This document shows, piece after piece, positions 12,388 through 20,000 of a DNA stretch of 20,000 nucleotides. Under the pieces are notes generated by a model. That model did not search any database. It was not told the DNA's origin and saw only the letters and a list, made by a program, of their open reading frames with translations. Position numbers and translations under genes: made by a program. The first letter of the stretch is position 1; each line of letters begins with the position of its first letter. The DNA comes from an uncultured virus (IMG/VR IMGVR_UViG_3300028654_000194) (lineage: Duplodnaviria; Heunggongvirae; Uroviricota; Caudoviricetes): the IMG/VR virus record IMGVR_UViG_3300028654_000194. One strand, written 5' to 3'.

Positions 12388-12478
12388 TGGGGGCCTTTCA
12401 AAAATCTGGTGCCAGAAGTCAGCTATCCCGCCTCGCGGCAACGCCTCAATCCTACCGGCACGCCGATATAGGCCGCAT

Positions 12479-12537
12479 TTGCCAAATTGTCAAAACCTGA
12501 TAGATACATTCCCAGAACAGGGTTTTGAAAATGGCAA
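12479..12537. promoter_or_regulatory. Inverted repeat, candidate recombinase binding/operator site
   Basis: TCAAAACC (12490-12497) and GGTTTTGA (12521-12528), outer TTGCCA/TGGCAA, overlapping the recombinase start. Confidence 0.5.
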
Positions 12538-13100
12538 AACGAGGCTTTTACCGCAAATCGGCGCGACACCCGGAAGGGTCGCAAAAGGAAATGCTGATCG
12601 CGGCTGGTTACGCGACGCTCTACACGGAAGGCAAAGACGAGACCGTGATGCACTTCGCATCCAGCGCGCGCGCGAAGGAAGTCATCGGCGTGCCGACACT
12701 CGGCAGGCTGGCGTCATCGCGGGATGCGATCCGCGCCGCCGTCGAAAAGATTTTCGAAAAGGGCGCGATCATTCACGAGGTCGCGACAGGCAGGCGATCC
12801 GACAAAGCGCATGATATGGCGCTGATGATGGCCGACGCCGCTGATGAGATTGGCGCGGACAAGAAGGTCCACGGTCACGCCGCCTCTGTGCGGAACGGCA
12901 GCAAGGGCGGAAGGCCAGAGCTTCCTGATCGCATGGACGACGACGACGCCAAGCCGATCTGGTACAACGTCAAGCGTTATCCGAAGCCGGAGGACGCGGT
13001 GCCACACATGCACGGCTTTAGCGTTTCGACGGCATACAAGCGACTTGGTGCGCGCGGTTCGCCAGCGGGTCGAAAGTCAAAACGTAAGAGACACCACTAA
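12531..13100 (+). CDS. Divergent resolvase/invertase-like serine recombinase family protein with C-terminal HTH
   Basis: GFYRKS...Q...L..AG (cf. GYARVS), VPTLGRLASS (cf. LDRLGRS), GGRP hinge, GFSVSTAYKRLG HTH. Confidence 0.7.
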   Translation: MAKRGFYRKSARHPEGSQKEMLIAAGYATLYTEGKDETVMHFASSARAKEVIGVPTLGRLASSRDAIRAAVEKIFEKGAIIHEVATGRRSDKAHDMALMMADAADEIGADKKVHGHAASVRNGSKGGRPELPDRMDDDDAKPIWYNVKRYPKPEDAVPHMHGFSVSTAYKRLGARGSPAGRKSKRKRHH

Positions 13101-13110
13101 GGAGCCGGAG

Positions 13111-13281
13111 ATGAAGTGCGATTACCATCTTTGCGTCGGCGGCGGGTACGCCAAGGGCGACCGTTCGGACTGCTGCGTATGCTATCGGCCCCGGCCTCTG
13201 TCGCGTGACATGCCATCACTTGAAACAACAAGGTTCGCCGCCTCAGTGGGGCGGGGGTCATCTAACGATAACGAAAGATAA
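13111..13281 (+). CDS. Hypothetical Cys-rich protein (56 aa)
   Basis: GGAG RBS; MKCDYHLC...CCVC. Confidence 0.45.
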   Translation: MKCDYHLCVGGGYAKGDRSDCCVCYRPRPLSRDMPSLETTRFAASVGRGSSNDNER

Positions 13282-13514
13282 TGGAGCCGAGGATGCTGTC
13301 GCGGACGGACGAGATGTTGGCAACTGCGGAATGGATGATCGAAGACCTCAATGTCGCCAGCGGGTCTCTGCGAGACTACGCGCATCGCCTCCTTGAGCAG
13401 AGATTGTCTGTAATGACCATCGGGCAGTTCTCGGCGCTTGAAGACGCTGCCAGAAAGTTACAGGGCGAAGCATGGGAACGAACCTACGGCAATCGCCGCA
13501 GGACACGTTTATAA
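13281..13514 (+). CDS. Hypothetical protein (77 aa)
   Basis: TAATG coupling with the upstream ORF. Confidence 0.55.
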   Translation: MEPRMLSRTDEMLATAEWMIEDLNVASGSLRDYAHRLLEQRLSVMTIGQFSALEDAARKLQGEAWERTYGNRRRTRL

Positions 13515-13525
13515 AAGGAGCGGCT

Positions 13526-13702
13526 ATGACTTGGACACGGCCAGAGAACATAGACAAGCACCCGCTTCGGTACTCGCCACTCCGCGATCAGATCGAGGGC
13601 ATCCTGTTGCGTCGGCATTTTGATAAGCGGCTTGACGGGTATTTTCTTGAAACGTCACTTGAGATTGCTGAAACATTGTCGCCACCCCCAGAGTTAAAGT
13701 AG
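13526..13702 (+). CDS. Hypothetical protein (58 aa)
   Basis: AAGGAG RBS then ATG (MTWTRPENIDKH...). Confidence 0.6.
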   Translation: MTWTRPENIDKHPLRYSPLRDQIEGILLRRHFDKRLDGYFLETSLEIAETLSPPPELK

Positions 13703-13711
13703 GAGCGACGG

Positions 13712-13897
13712 ATGACAGTTGGCGATGTCCCGGTGTGCCTGACATGCGGTCAGTACATTTACAGCGTTCCACATCGCTGCGGGGAGCGCCCCGGCTTCGT
13801 GTCAAACGCGATGGGCTGCATCTGCCCGCCCGGTTCCGAGCGCACATGCCAAGGCGCATTGTGCCCACGCCGATCTTTCTCCCTACCGATCACGTAA
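13712..13897 (+). CDS. Hypothetical Cys-rich protein (61 aa)
   Basis: AGGAG RBS; CLTCG...HRC...CICP...C....CP. Confidence 0.6.
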   Translation: MTVGDVPVCLTCGQYIYSVPHRCGERPGFVSNAMGCICPPGSERTCQGALCPRRSFSLPIT

Positions 13898-13911
13898 AGC
13901 TAGGAGGCCCT

Positions 13912-14229
13912 GTGGACGCGATAGAGAAAATCCGCGCACGTCGCGAAGCGATCAACGGCGCACCTTGGCGCTATGAAAAGCGCGGGCAGATGGTCTTCGG
14001 GTTTTCGGTCGGAGGCTGCAACAAGGAACTGTCAGACTATCGCGTTGCCGACATCCGCGGCTGGGGCCACCTTCAGTACATGGGCGAGACACGAGGCGAC
14101 GGGAAGGCGCAGGCAATGCAGGATGCCAACGGCGAGTTTATTGCTCATGCCCCGCAGGACATCGATGTGTTGCTGGCTGAAATTGATCTGCTTCGCGCAT
14201 CATTGTCGTCACCCCTTGAGAGCAGATAG
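13912..14229 (+). CDS. Ead/Ea22-like phage protein
   Basis: AGGAGG-GTG start; IRARREA..GAPW...ANGEFIAHAPQDIDVLLAEI pattern. Confidence 0.6.
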   Translation: MDAIEKIRARREAINGAPWRYEKRGQMVFGFSVGGCNKELSDYRVADIRGWGHLQYMGETRGDGKAQAMQDANGEFIAHAPQDIDVLLAEIDLLRASLSSPLESR

Positions 14230-14238
14230 GAGCCGGAC

Positions 14239-14493
14239 GTGACCACAACTCGCATTCAACTTCTCGGGTGGCTTGAACATTGCGAGCGCGAGCATCCGGG
14301 CAAAGGCACACCCATCCCGACATGGCTCTGCTCGATGGACGCGCTCTATGATGAAGTCGGGCGCGGCACCGTCGAGGAGATTGGTATCCAGCCGATTGTT
14401 CCGCGCATGGGAATGGTATCGACCATCTACGGACTCACCGACAAAGGCCGTCAGGAATTTTATTCATCTCTGCCGACACCGGCAGACGTTTAA
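14239..14493 (+). CDS. Hypothetical protein, possible winged helix (84 aa)
   Basis: AGGAG RBS; ...YGLTDKGR wing-like motif. Confidence 0.6.
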   Translation: MTTTRIQLLGWLEHCEREHPGKGTPIPTWLCSMDALYDEVGRGTVEEIGIQPIVPRMGMVSTIYGLTDKGRQEFYSSLPTPADV

Positions 14494-14704
14494 GAGGAGC
14501 GGATCGTGGAAAACCGATGGGCATTCGAGGACTACAGTTACCCGCGAACTGGTTGTGCATGTTGTGAGCAGAATATCGGATGCCCGCCGGATGAGAAAAA
14601 CATCCATCACTGGACTGGTAGTGTGGCTGGGCGGTTATGGAAAAAGTGTACCCGCCGCGAAATAAGACAATCATTGCCGACACCGGCAAGCGTTTAAGAG
14701 GAGC
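14471..14704 (+). repeat. 30-nt direct repeat pair (14471-14500 / 14675-14704) covering gene end, stop and RBS
   Basis: TGCCGACACCGGCA(GA/AG)CGTTTAAGAGGAGC, 28/30 identical; both genes end SLPTPAxV*. Confidence 0.9.
14506..14697 (+). CDS. Hypothetical protein (63 aa)
   Basis: GAGGAG RBS then GTG; flanked by the direct repeat. Confidence 0.55.
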   Translation: MENRWAFEDYSYPRTGCACCEQNIGCPPDEKNIHHWTGSVAGRLWKKCTRREIRQSLPTPASV

Positions 14705-14709
14705 ATCTA

Positions 14710-15027
14710 GTGCCGTCGCATCGCCGCGTTGCCAAACCAATCGACCCGCGCAAGGCACTCAACAGCGCCATTGCGATGGATGTTGGCAAGGAGATGGTCG
14801 CCTATCTTGAGGTAATGTACCCGGACGTATTCGACAAGATGAATGGCGGGTGCAAACTCTCGATCCGCAACCACATTCACAATGACATCATCGCGGCGAT
14901 GGAAATAGTCGGCGCGGCGAACCATGTAGAGCGTCTCAAGGAACAGGCAGACTTTCGTCGCCAGTGGGTTGCTGCCTATCGTGGCATGAGACGCAAGAAG
15001 CTTGTCGCTACCGGCGACGGAAAGTAG
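14710..15027 (+). CDS. Hypothetical protein (105 aa)
   Basis: GAGGAG RBS then GTG; protein-like composition. Confidence 0.7.
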   Translation: MPSHRRVAKPIDPRKALNSAIAMDVGKEMVAYLEVMYPDVFDKMNGGCKLSIRNHIHNDIIAAMEIVGAANHVERLKEQADFRRQWVAAYRGMRRKKLVATGDGK

Positions 15028-15039
15028 GGAGCGATTGAC

Positions 15040-15309
15040 GTGGCGAAGGACTGGCCCTGCAAACTGAAAGACGGAAGCGTCAAGCCGTGTCACGCACTCG
15101 CTGCGGTGGTGGATGGCAACTGGATGGAGAAGCGCAAGGGCATCTTCGTCGCGACGATCATCAACCGAGGCGACGACACTCAGCGTTATCTCTATGGCGT
15201 CCGAAGCGGCGACCATACCAAGAAAGGCGTTATGTTTAATCACTGCCCGTTCTGCGGCGAGTCGATCCTGCCGGACGCAGCGGCTAAACTTGGCGCTAAG
15301 GCAGCGTAA
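15040..15309 (+). CDS. Hypothetical zinc-ribbon protein (89 aa)
   Basis: PC...PC...FNHCPFCG; GGGAG RBS. Confidence 0.7.
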   Translation: MAKDWPCKLKDGSVKPCHALAAVVDGNWMEKRKGIFVATIINRGDDTQRYLYGVRSGDHTKKGVMFNHCPFCGESILPDAAAKLGAKAA

Positions 15310-15325
15310 GAAAGAGGAGGCCCGC

Positions 15326-15535
15326 GTGGAGCGAGAATGGAAGTGCGGTGAATGTGGGGAATGGGTCTCCACTAAATTCATGCGCCATCACCACCTCTCG
15401 CAACCCGCCCCAAGAGTGTCGTTCGATGAGCCAGAGAACACCATGACGTTCGAGGCCACCAGCAATATGACTGTCTACACTCGAAAGCACGAAGATCCGG
15501 TTCGCAATGTTGTCATTACCGGCGACGGAAAGTAG
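15326..15535 (+). CDS. Hypothetical protein (69 aa, CxxC...HHH)
   Basis: GAGGAGG RBS then GTG. Confidence 0.6.
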   Translation: MEREWKCGECGEWVSTKFMRHHHLSQPAPRVSFDEPENTMTFEATSNMTVYTRKHEDPVRNVVITGDGK

Positions 15536-15547
15536 GGAGCGCTTGGA

Positions 15548-15700
15548 ATGACCCGCGAAGACCATCTGAAAGAACTGATCGCCCGATGCGTCGAGCGTCA
15601 CCAGCGTCAGTGCGAGCAAGAGACGAAAGAGTGGGTCAACGAATTGATTGAGATCGAGATGCACAAACCAATCTCTTTCGCCACACTTCTGGAAAAGTAG
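15548..15700 (+). CDS. Hypothetical protein (50 aa)
   Basis: GGGAG RBS; MTREDHLKELIARC...LLEK*; not in the track. Confidence 0.55.
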   Translation: MTREDHLKELIARCVERHQRQCEQETKEWVNELIEIEMHKPISFATLLEK

Positions 15701-15711
15701 GGAGACTTTAA

Positions 15712-15972
15712 TTGGCCCAAGACATCAGTGAAACGTTGAAGCAGCGCGGTGCGCAGTACGGTGTCTTTACGGACAACGCGCAGAACATTCAGAACATCAA
15801 GCGCGTGATGCATCAGATGGAAAACTGGAAGAAGCTTGCGGACGACCAGAAGGAAGCCTTGGAGATGATCGCCGTGAAGATCGGGCGCATCCTGTCAGGC
15901 AACCCCGATCTGTATGATCACTGGCACGACATCGCTGGTTACGCCAAGCTGGTTGCGGATCGGCTGACATGA
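15712..15972 (+). CDS. DUF6378-family phage protein
   Basis: TLKQRGAQYG.F...EALEMIAVKIGRILSGNP...DHWHDIAGYAKLV. Confidence 0.8.
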   Translation: MAQDISETLKQRGAQYGVFTDNAQNIQNIKRVMHQMENWKKLADDQKEALEMIAVKIGRILSGNPDLYDHWHDIAGYAKLVADRLT

Positions 15973-16361
15973 CTGAGTTCGCAAGGCACACTGATCCTTC
16001 TACTAGCCACCGTGCTGCGCCGGAGGATGACGCACTGACACGGTTGCAGATGCTTGTCGTGGAGTGCCTTGAACAACATCCAAGCGGGCTAACAGTGCCA
16101 GAGATTGCAACGATCCTGAGCCTGCCACGCGATACGGTGTCGCCGCGCATGAAGACCTTGGTGGCGCAGGGTCGCGCACACGACACCGGGTTCGAAAAAA
16201 TCCCGCCGCGCCACAGGCGGCACTGCATCATCTGGTGCGCCGGTCTTGGCAACGCGCCACCACCACTGTCACGTCACGCGCGCATGAAACGCGCACTACA
16301 AACCATAGCTGCGAACGGCGATGACGTGTCGCGCGAGGTCGCAAAGGCGGCACTGACATGA
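15969..16361 (+). CDS. Winged-HTH DNA-binding protein
   Basis: ARHTDPSTSHRAA...GLTVPEIA......TVSPRMKTLVAQG...DTG. Confidence 0.75.
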   Translation: MTEFARHTDPSTSHRAAPEDDALTRLQMLVVECLEQHPSGLTVPEIATILSLPRDTVSPRMKTLVAQGRAHDTGFEKIPPRHRRHCIIWCAGLGNAPPPLSRHARMKRALQTIAANGDDVSREVAKAALT

Positions 16362-16648
16362 GAGAAAGTCAACTGGAAGCGGTGTGCCGCAAGCGCGCCA
16401 CGCAACATGGCGGCTATCTGCTGAAGTGGCAGGGAGAACGCGGCGTGCCGGATCGCATCCTGACGATGCCGTTCTACGTCGCCTTCATTGAGTTCAAGAC
16501 GCCGGTCGGCGTGATGAGCGAGATACAGCTTGTGTGGAAGGTGCGCCTTCAGACGATGGGCTTGAACCACTTCATCGTGCGCAGCGTCGATGACTTCCAA
16601 GCGATCTTGGAACAGGCAGAGATAATCAAATCGAGGATGTCACGCTGA
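16358..16648 (+). CDS. VRR-NUC domain nuclease
   Basis: RESQLE...GVPDRI...FIEFKTP.G.MS..Q...VRS.DD. Confidence 0.88.
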   Translation: MRESQLEAVCRKRATQHGGYLLKWQGERGVPDRILTMPFYVAFIEFKTPVGVMSEIQLVWKVRLQTMGLNHFIVRSVDDFQAILEQAEIIKSRMSR

Positions 16649-16860
16649 TGGTAGAGAAAATATTTGTGTGGTCGATGGTCAATCTGGTCGTCGCAGTGAT
16701 GATCATGGTCGTGGCGGGGGTGTCGTGTATGTATGGCGGTAGCCCGTCTATCTTCGCTTGCCACGCGTACCTACCGCCAGTGTGGATCGTCACGTGGATA
16801 GCCGGAAGCGTTGTGACATTCGTACTGTCTTTCGTTGCCACGGTGTGGAGGATGATGTGA
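16648..16860 (+). CDS. Small two-TM membrane protein
   Basis: Two hydrophobic segments; TGATG coupling on both sides. Confidence 0.55.
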   Translation: MVEKIFVWSMVNLVVAVMIMVVAGVSCMYGGSPSIFACHAYLPPVWIVTWIAGSVVTFVLSFVATVWRMM

Positions 16861-17270
16861 TGAACCAGAACACATCATTGAAGAAGATGCAGGCGATCAT
16901 CGGGGGCGTGAACGATATGCGCACCGCATATGAAAAGCTGGAAGGCGAACTGCGCAAGGGTCCGGCGTCCTACTACTTCAGCAAGCTGGAAGTGATGCTG
17001 ACCGGCCTGTTCAGCTTCGCCAAGTTCCAGATCGGTGATCGCGTGAAGCTGGCCGCGGACATCGACGCCAAGGGCGGCTGGTATCACTGCGCGCACTTCC
17101 TGAAGAAGGGCGAGATGGCGACCGTTGTTGACATGGACTATGACGAACGCGGCTTTTCATACAATGTCGTCTTCGACAACGAAACGTGGATCGACCGCGA
17201 TGGCGTCAAGCAGCCGGTCGCTAACAAGCATTCGTTCGGCCTATATGAACGGCATCTGGAAACAGCGTGA
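16860..17270 (+). CDS. Hypothetical protein with SH3/KOW-like C-terminal region
   Basis: GGAGG RBS; KFQIGDRVKL...G..ATVV...YNVVFD. Confidence 0.65.
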   Translation: MNQNTSLKKMQAIIGGVNDMRTAYEKLEGELRKGPASYYFSKLEVMLTGLFSFAKFQIGDRVKLAADIDAKGGWYHCAHFLKKGEMATVVDMDYDERGFSYNVVFDNETWIDRDGVKQPVANKHSFGLYERHLETA

Positions 17271-17515
17271 TGAACGACGCAGAGTGGTTTGAGAAAAATC
17301 CACACAGGCTTTTCCGTCTGCGCCCCTATGTACCCGGAGAGTTTGGCAAGCCCATCCCGGTGGGACGGCTTCCTGATGAAGCGATGTTCTTCATCATATC
17401 GGCCCGACTGTATGAGGAAATCGCGCGGCGGCTTGTCATAACGGACCGCGTGATTGACGACAACGATCACGACTTGGGGTTCGTGTACATCGTCGCAGGG
17501 AACGTAGTGACATGA
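17267..17515 (+). CDS. Hypothetical protein (82 aa)
   Basis: Coupled ORF; D..WFEKNPHR.FRLRP...GEF. Confidence 0.65.
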   Translation: MMNDAEWFEKNPHRLFRLRPYVPGEFGKPIPVGRLPDEAMFFIISARLYEEIARRLVITDRVIDDNDHDLGFVYIVAGNVVT

Positions 17516-18813
17516 AGCCCGCCAGCTACCAGATCGACGCATCCGGCTTCGTGTACGAACGCGACAGCAGCATGATTTTCGCGCGGATGGGCACAGGCAA
17601 GACGCTGTGCAACATGATGGCAATGAACGACTGGCTGACGGATGATGCGGCCAAGCGCATCATGGTCGCTGCGCCGTTGCGCGTTGTTGAGAACGTCTGG
17701 CGGCAGGAAGCGATGAAGTGGGGCATGCCGTTCAGCTTCGGCATCTACACTGGCAAGTGCAAGCAGATCGAAGGCCACAACGATGTGATCTTAGTCAATT
17801 ATGAGAACTTATCGGCGCTGCTGGACACCAACCATGGCTGCGACGCCATCGTGTTCGATGAACTGAGCAAGCTGCGCAACCCGACAGGCAAGCGCCAGAA
17901 GGCAACGCGGCGCGCGGACTGCTTCAAGATCAGGACAGGCAGCACAGGCACGCCGACGCCGAACGGATTGATGTCGGTCTACGGCATGTGTCAGGCGGTG
18001 GGTCTTGGCCATCTTGTCGGAAAGAGTTTCGACAAGTGGAAGCGCCAGTTCTTCTACCCGACCGACTTCAAGGGTCACGACTGGGTTGCGTTCAAGCACA
18101 CCGAACTGGAACTGGCGAAGCTACTCAAGCCCTACACCTACATCCTTGAGGATGACGCGGTGGAGTTGCCGCCCATCGTGCGCCCGCCGATCCATCTGAC
18201 GCTGCCGACTGAACTGCGCGAAGTCTACGACCGCATGCGCGCGCAGTCCGTGTTGTCCGATCTGGACATCGTCGCTGGCAGTGCTGGCGTGCTGCGCAAC
18301 AAGCTGCGCCAGATCGCGTCGGGCTTCATCTACGACAACGCTGGAGCGCCTGTGAAGCTGACCGACTGGCGACTTCGTGTGTTGCAGGACATCGTGGATG
18401 AGCAACAGGGTCAGCCGCTGATCATCGCATACGAGTATCGCGAACAGCTTGCGATGCTGCGGCAGCGGTGGCCGGACGCACCGTTTCTTGGTGGAGGATC
18501 GAAGGACAACGACAAGACCATCGAACGCTGGAACAGGCGCGAACTGCCGCTGCTGTTCCTGCATCCTGCATCAGCCGGTCACGGCCTGAACATTCAGGAA
18601 GGCGGCAACGCGATTGCATGGTGGACGCTGCCGGATGATCGCGAACTGTACGACCAGACGATTGGCCGTCTGGTGCGCCGGGGGCAGGCCAACAGCCACG
18701 TTTTTTCCTATGAACCAGTAGCACAGGACACGGTCGAAACCGCCGTCCAGTACGTGCTGGGACAGAAGGACACCGAACAAAAAAACTTTTGGAACGCATT
18801 GAAGTCTGCCTGA
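17512..18813 (+). CDS. SNF2-like (SF2) phage helicase
   Basis: MGTGKT, VAAPLRV, NYE, VFDELS, TGTP, HPASAGHGLNIQ, QTIGRLVRRGQ. Confidence 0.92.
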   Translation: MKPASYQIDASGFVYERDSSMIFARMGTGKTLCNMMAMNDWLTDDAAKRIMVAAPLRVVENVWRQEAMKWGMPFSFGIYTGKCKQIEGHNDVILVNYENLSALLDTNHGCDAIVFDELSKLRNPTGKRQKATRRADCFKIRTGSTGTPTPNGLMSVYGMCQAVGLGHLVGKSFDKWKRQFFYPTDFKGHDWVAFKHTELELAKLLKPYTYILEDDAVELPPIVRPPIHLTLPTELREVYDRMRAQSVLSDLDIVAGSAGVLRNKLRQIASGFIYDNAGAPVKLTDWRLRVLQDIVDEQQGQPLIIAYEYREQLAMLRQRWPDAPFLGGGSKDNDKTIERWNRRELPLLFLHPASAGHGLNIQEGGNAIAWWTLPDDRELYDQTIGRLVRRGQANSHVFSYEPVAQDTVETAVQYVLGQKDTEQKNFWNALKSA

Positions 18814-18824
18814 CAACGGCAGAT

Positions 18825-18862
18825 AAAAACAGACCGCGCTGGTTGACGCCAGCGCGGTCTTT
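18825..18862. terminator. Strong hairpin, possible bidirectional terminator
   Basis: AAAAAC-AGACCGCGCTGG ttgacg CCAGCGCGGTCT-TT, a 12-bp stem between helicase and primase. Confidence 0.55.
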
Positions 18863-18899
18863 GATGGGGTTCCCCCCATAAGTGATCAAAGGGCAAGCA

Positions 18900-20000
18900 A
18901 TGACCACGAAGATCAACGCCTTTCTGGCGAACTTGTTCCCTAGTGTCAATAAAGATCAAGGCGTAGTAGCTGTTTCCTATCCCACCCCCAAGGGGTGGCC
19001 ACGCGAACGCTGGGTTCCGCAGGGGCCGTCACCTTCTTCATCGCTGTACTATTTCCCCACCACACTTCATGCCGACAACCCGCGTGCCCGGCGCTTGCGC
19101 GCACGCGCGACCGACTTCCGCTTCACGTTCGTGATCGTCTTGGACGATGTCGGCACCAAGGTGGGCAAGATGCGCTTGATAGGAAAGCGCCCGACGCCCA
19201 CCTACACACTTGAGACATCACCCGGCAACGAACAGTGGGGCTACCGCCTCAAGGAACCAGTGCCTGTCGATGTAGCGAACGCGTTCATCGCATCGCTGGT
19301 TGCTGCCGGATTGACGGACAGCGGTCGCCCAAATGGTGCAGGACAGGTGATGCGCGTGCCGGGTTCGCTCAACACCAAGTACGATCCGCCGTTCCCTGCC
19401 CAGTTGATCGAATGGAACGATGTCGCCTACACGCTGGACGAACTGCGTCACGGTCTTGGCTTCGATCTTGTCGAACACAAGCCTGCTGCATCGCAGGCAG
19501 CGCCTTCACTGGCCGATGGCGAAGTCGATCCGGTGTTCGACTGGCTACGCGACAACGGCATGGTTGAAGGCGAAGCAGACGCGCGCGGCTGGGTGCCGAT
19601 CCAGTGCCCGTGGGGTGACGAACACACCAGTGAAGGCGGCGGAACAGATTACTTCCCCGGATCACCCGGTGCGTTCAAGTGTCTCCATGCGCACTGCAAG
19701 GACCGCACGACCGCGACGCTGAAGGAGTGGATCGCATCGCAAGACCCACAGGTTGATCTGTCCGTGCTGCCTGCAACGCTGGTGGACAGCGTCGGCGCAT
19801 CGCTGGACGCGATCATGCACCCGGTTGAAGACATGACGCTGCTGGAACGCTTGACGCGTTCGATCCGCAACGTTCCGCTAGGCCCCATGGTGCTGCCGGA
19901 TTGCGACATGACTGCACGCGGCATCCCGCAACTCTCCCAAGGCGTCAGCGCGGTGCGCGTCGAAACGGTAATGGGACTGATCGGTGCCAAGGCGCGCTAC
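18900..20000 (+). CDS. RepB-type DNA primase (primase-helicase), partial
   Basis: Own translation from ATG 18900: VIVLDDVGTK, ETSPGNEQWGY, MRVPGSLNTK, then zinc motif CPW..EH...FKCLHAHC. Open to the window end; not in the track. Confidence 0.88.
   Translation, partial: MTTKINAFLANLFPSVNKDQGVVAVSYPTPKGWPRERWVPQGPSPSSSLYYFPTTLHADNPRARRLRARATDFRFTFVIVLDDVGTKVGKMRLIGKRPTPTYTLETSPGNEQWGYRLKEPVPVDVANAFIASLVAAGLTDSGRPNGAGQVMRVPGSLNTKYDPPFPAQLIEWNDVAYTLDELRHGLGFDLVEHKPAASQAAPSLADGEVDPVFDWLRDNGMVEGEADARGWVPIQCPWGDEHTSEGGGTDYFPGSPGAFKCLHAHCKDRTTATLKEWIASQDPQVDLSVLPATLVDSVGASLDAIMHPVEDMTLLERLTRSIRNVPLGPMVLPDCDMTARGIPQLSQGVSAVRVETVMGLIGAKARY

Larger units (their letters stand above)
15009..15541 (+). 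repeat. 25-nt perfect direct repeat pair (15009-15033 / 15517-15541)
   Basis: TACCGGCGACGGAAAGTAGGGAGCG; both genes end TGDGK*. Confidence 0.9.

Noticed and set aside
10560..17400. Other CTGATGA occurrences (about 10566, 11260 minus, 12841, 17373) as hammerheads
   Set aside because: They lack a stem II followed by GAAA and the flanking stems, and lie in or at coding sequence.

Overview
A 20-kb segment of a tailed dsDNA phage or prophage, probably infecting an alphaproteobacterium (it carries a GcrA-like HTH). It covers early/accessory genes and the DNA replication module: family-A DNA polymerase, SSB-like protein, DUF2800 Cas4-like nuclease, MazG-like protein, DUF6378, VRR-NUC nuclease, SNF2-like helicase and RepB-type primase. 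There are three main observations. (1) The polymerase contains a 311-aa intein (4850-5782) whose endonuclease is not in the intein frame. It is a separate HNH gene with its own Shine-Dalgarno, overprinted in the +1 frame (4915-5562), while the intein frame stays stop-free. (2) The leftward early operon (1-3090) begins with a type III hammerhead ribozyme (3023-3084). Its genes are separated by four copies of a ~90-nt covarying three-hairpin RNA motif, and the RBS-proximal hairpin of that motif also follows the hammerhead. (3) An accessory island of tiny genes (~11030-15700) surrounds a degenerate serine recombinase, with paired gene-end/RBS repeats that suggest cassette-like gene accretion. All family assignments come from motif recognition by eye; no database search was run.
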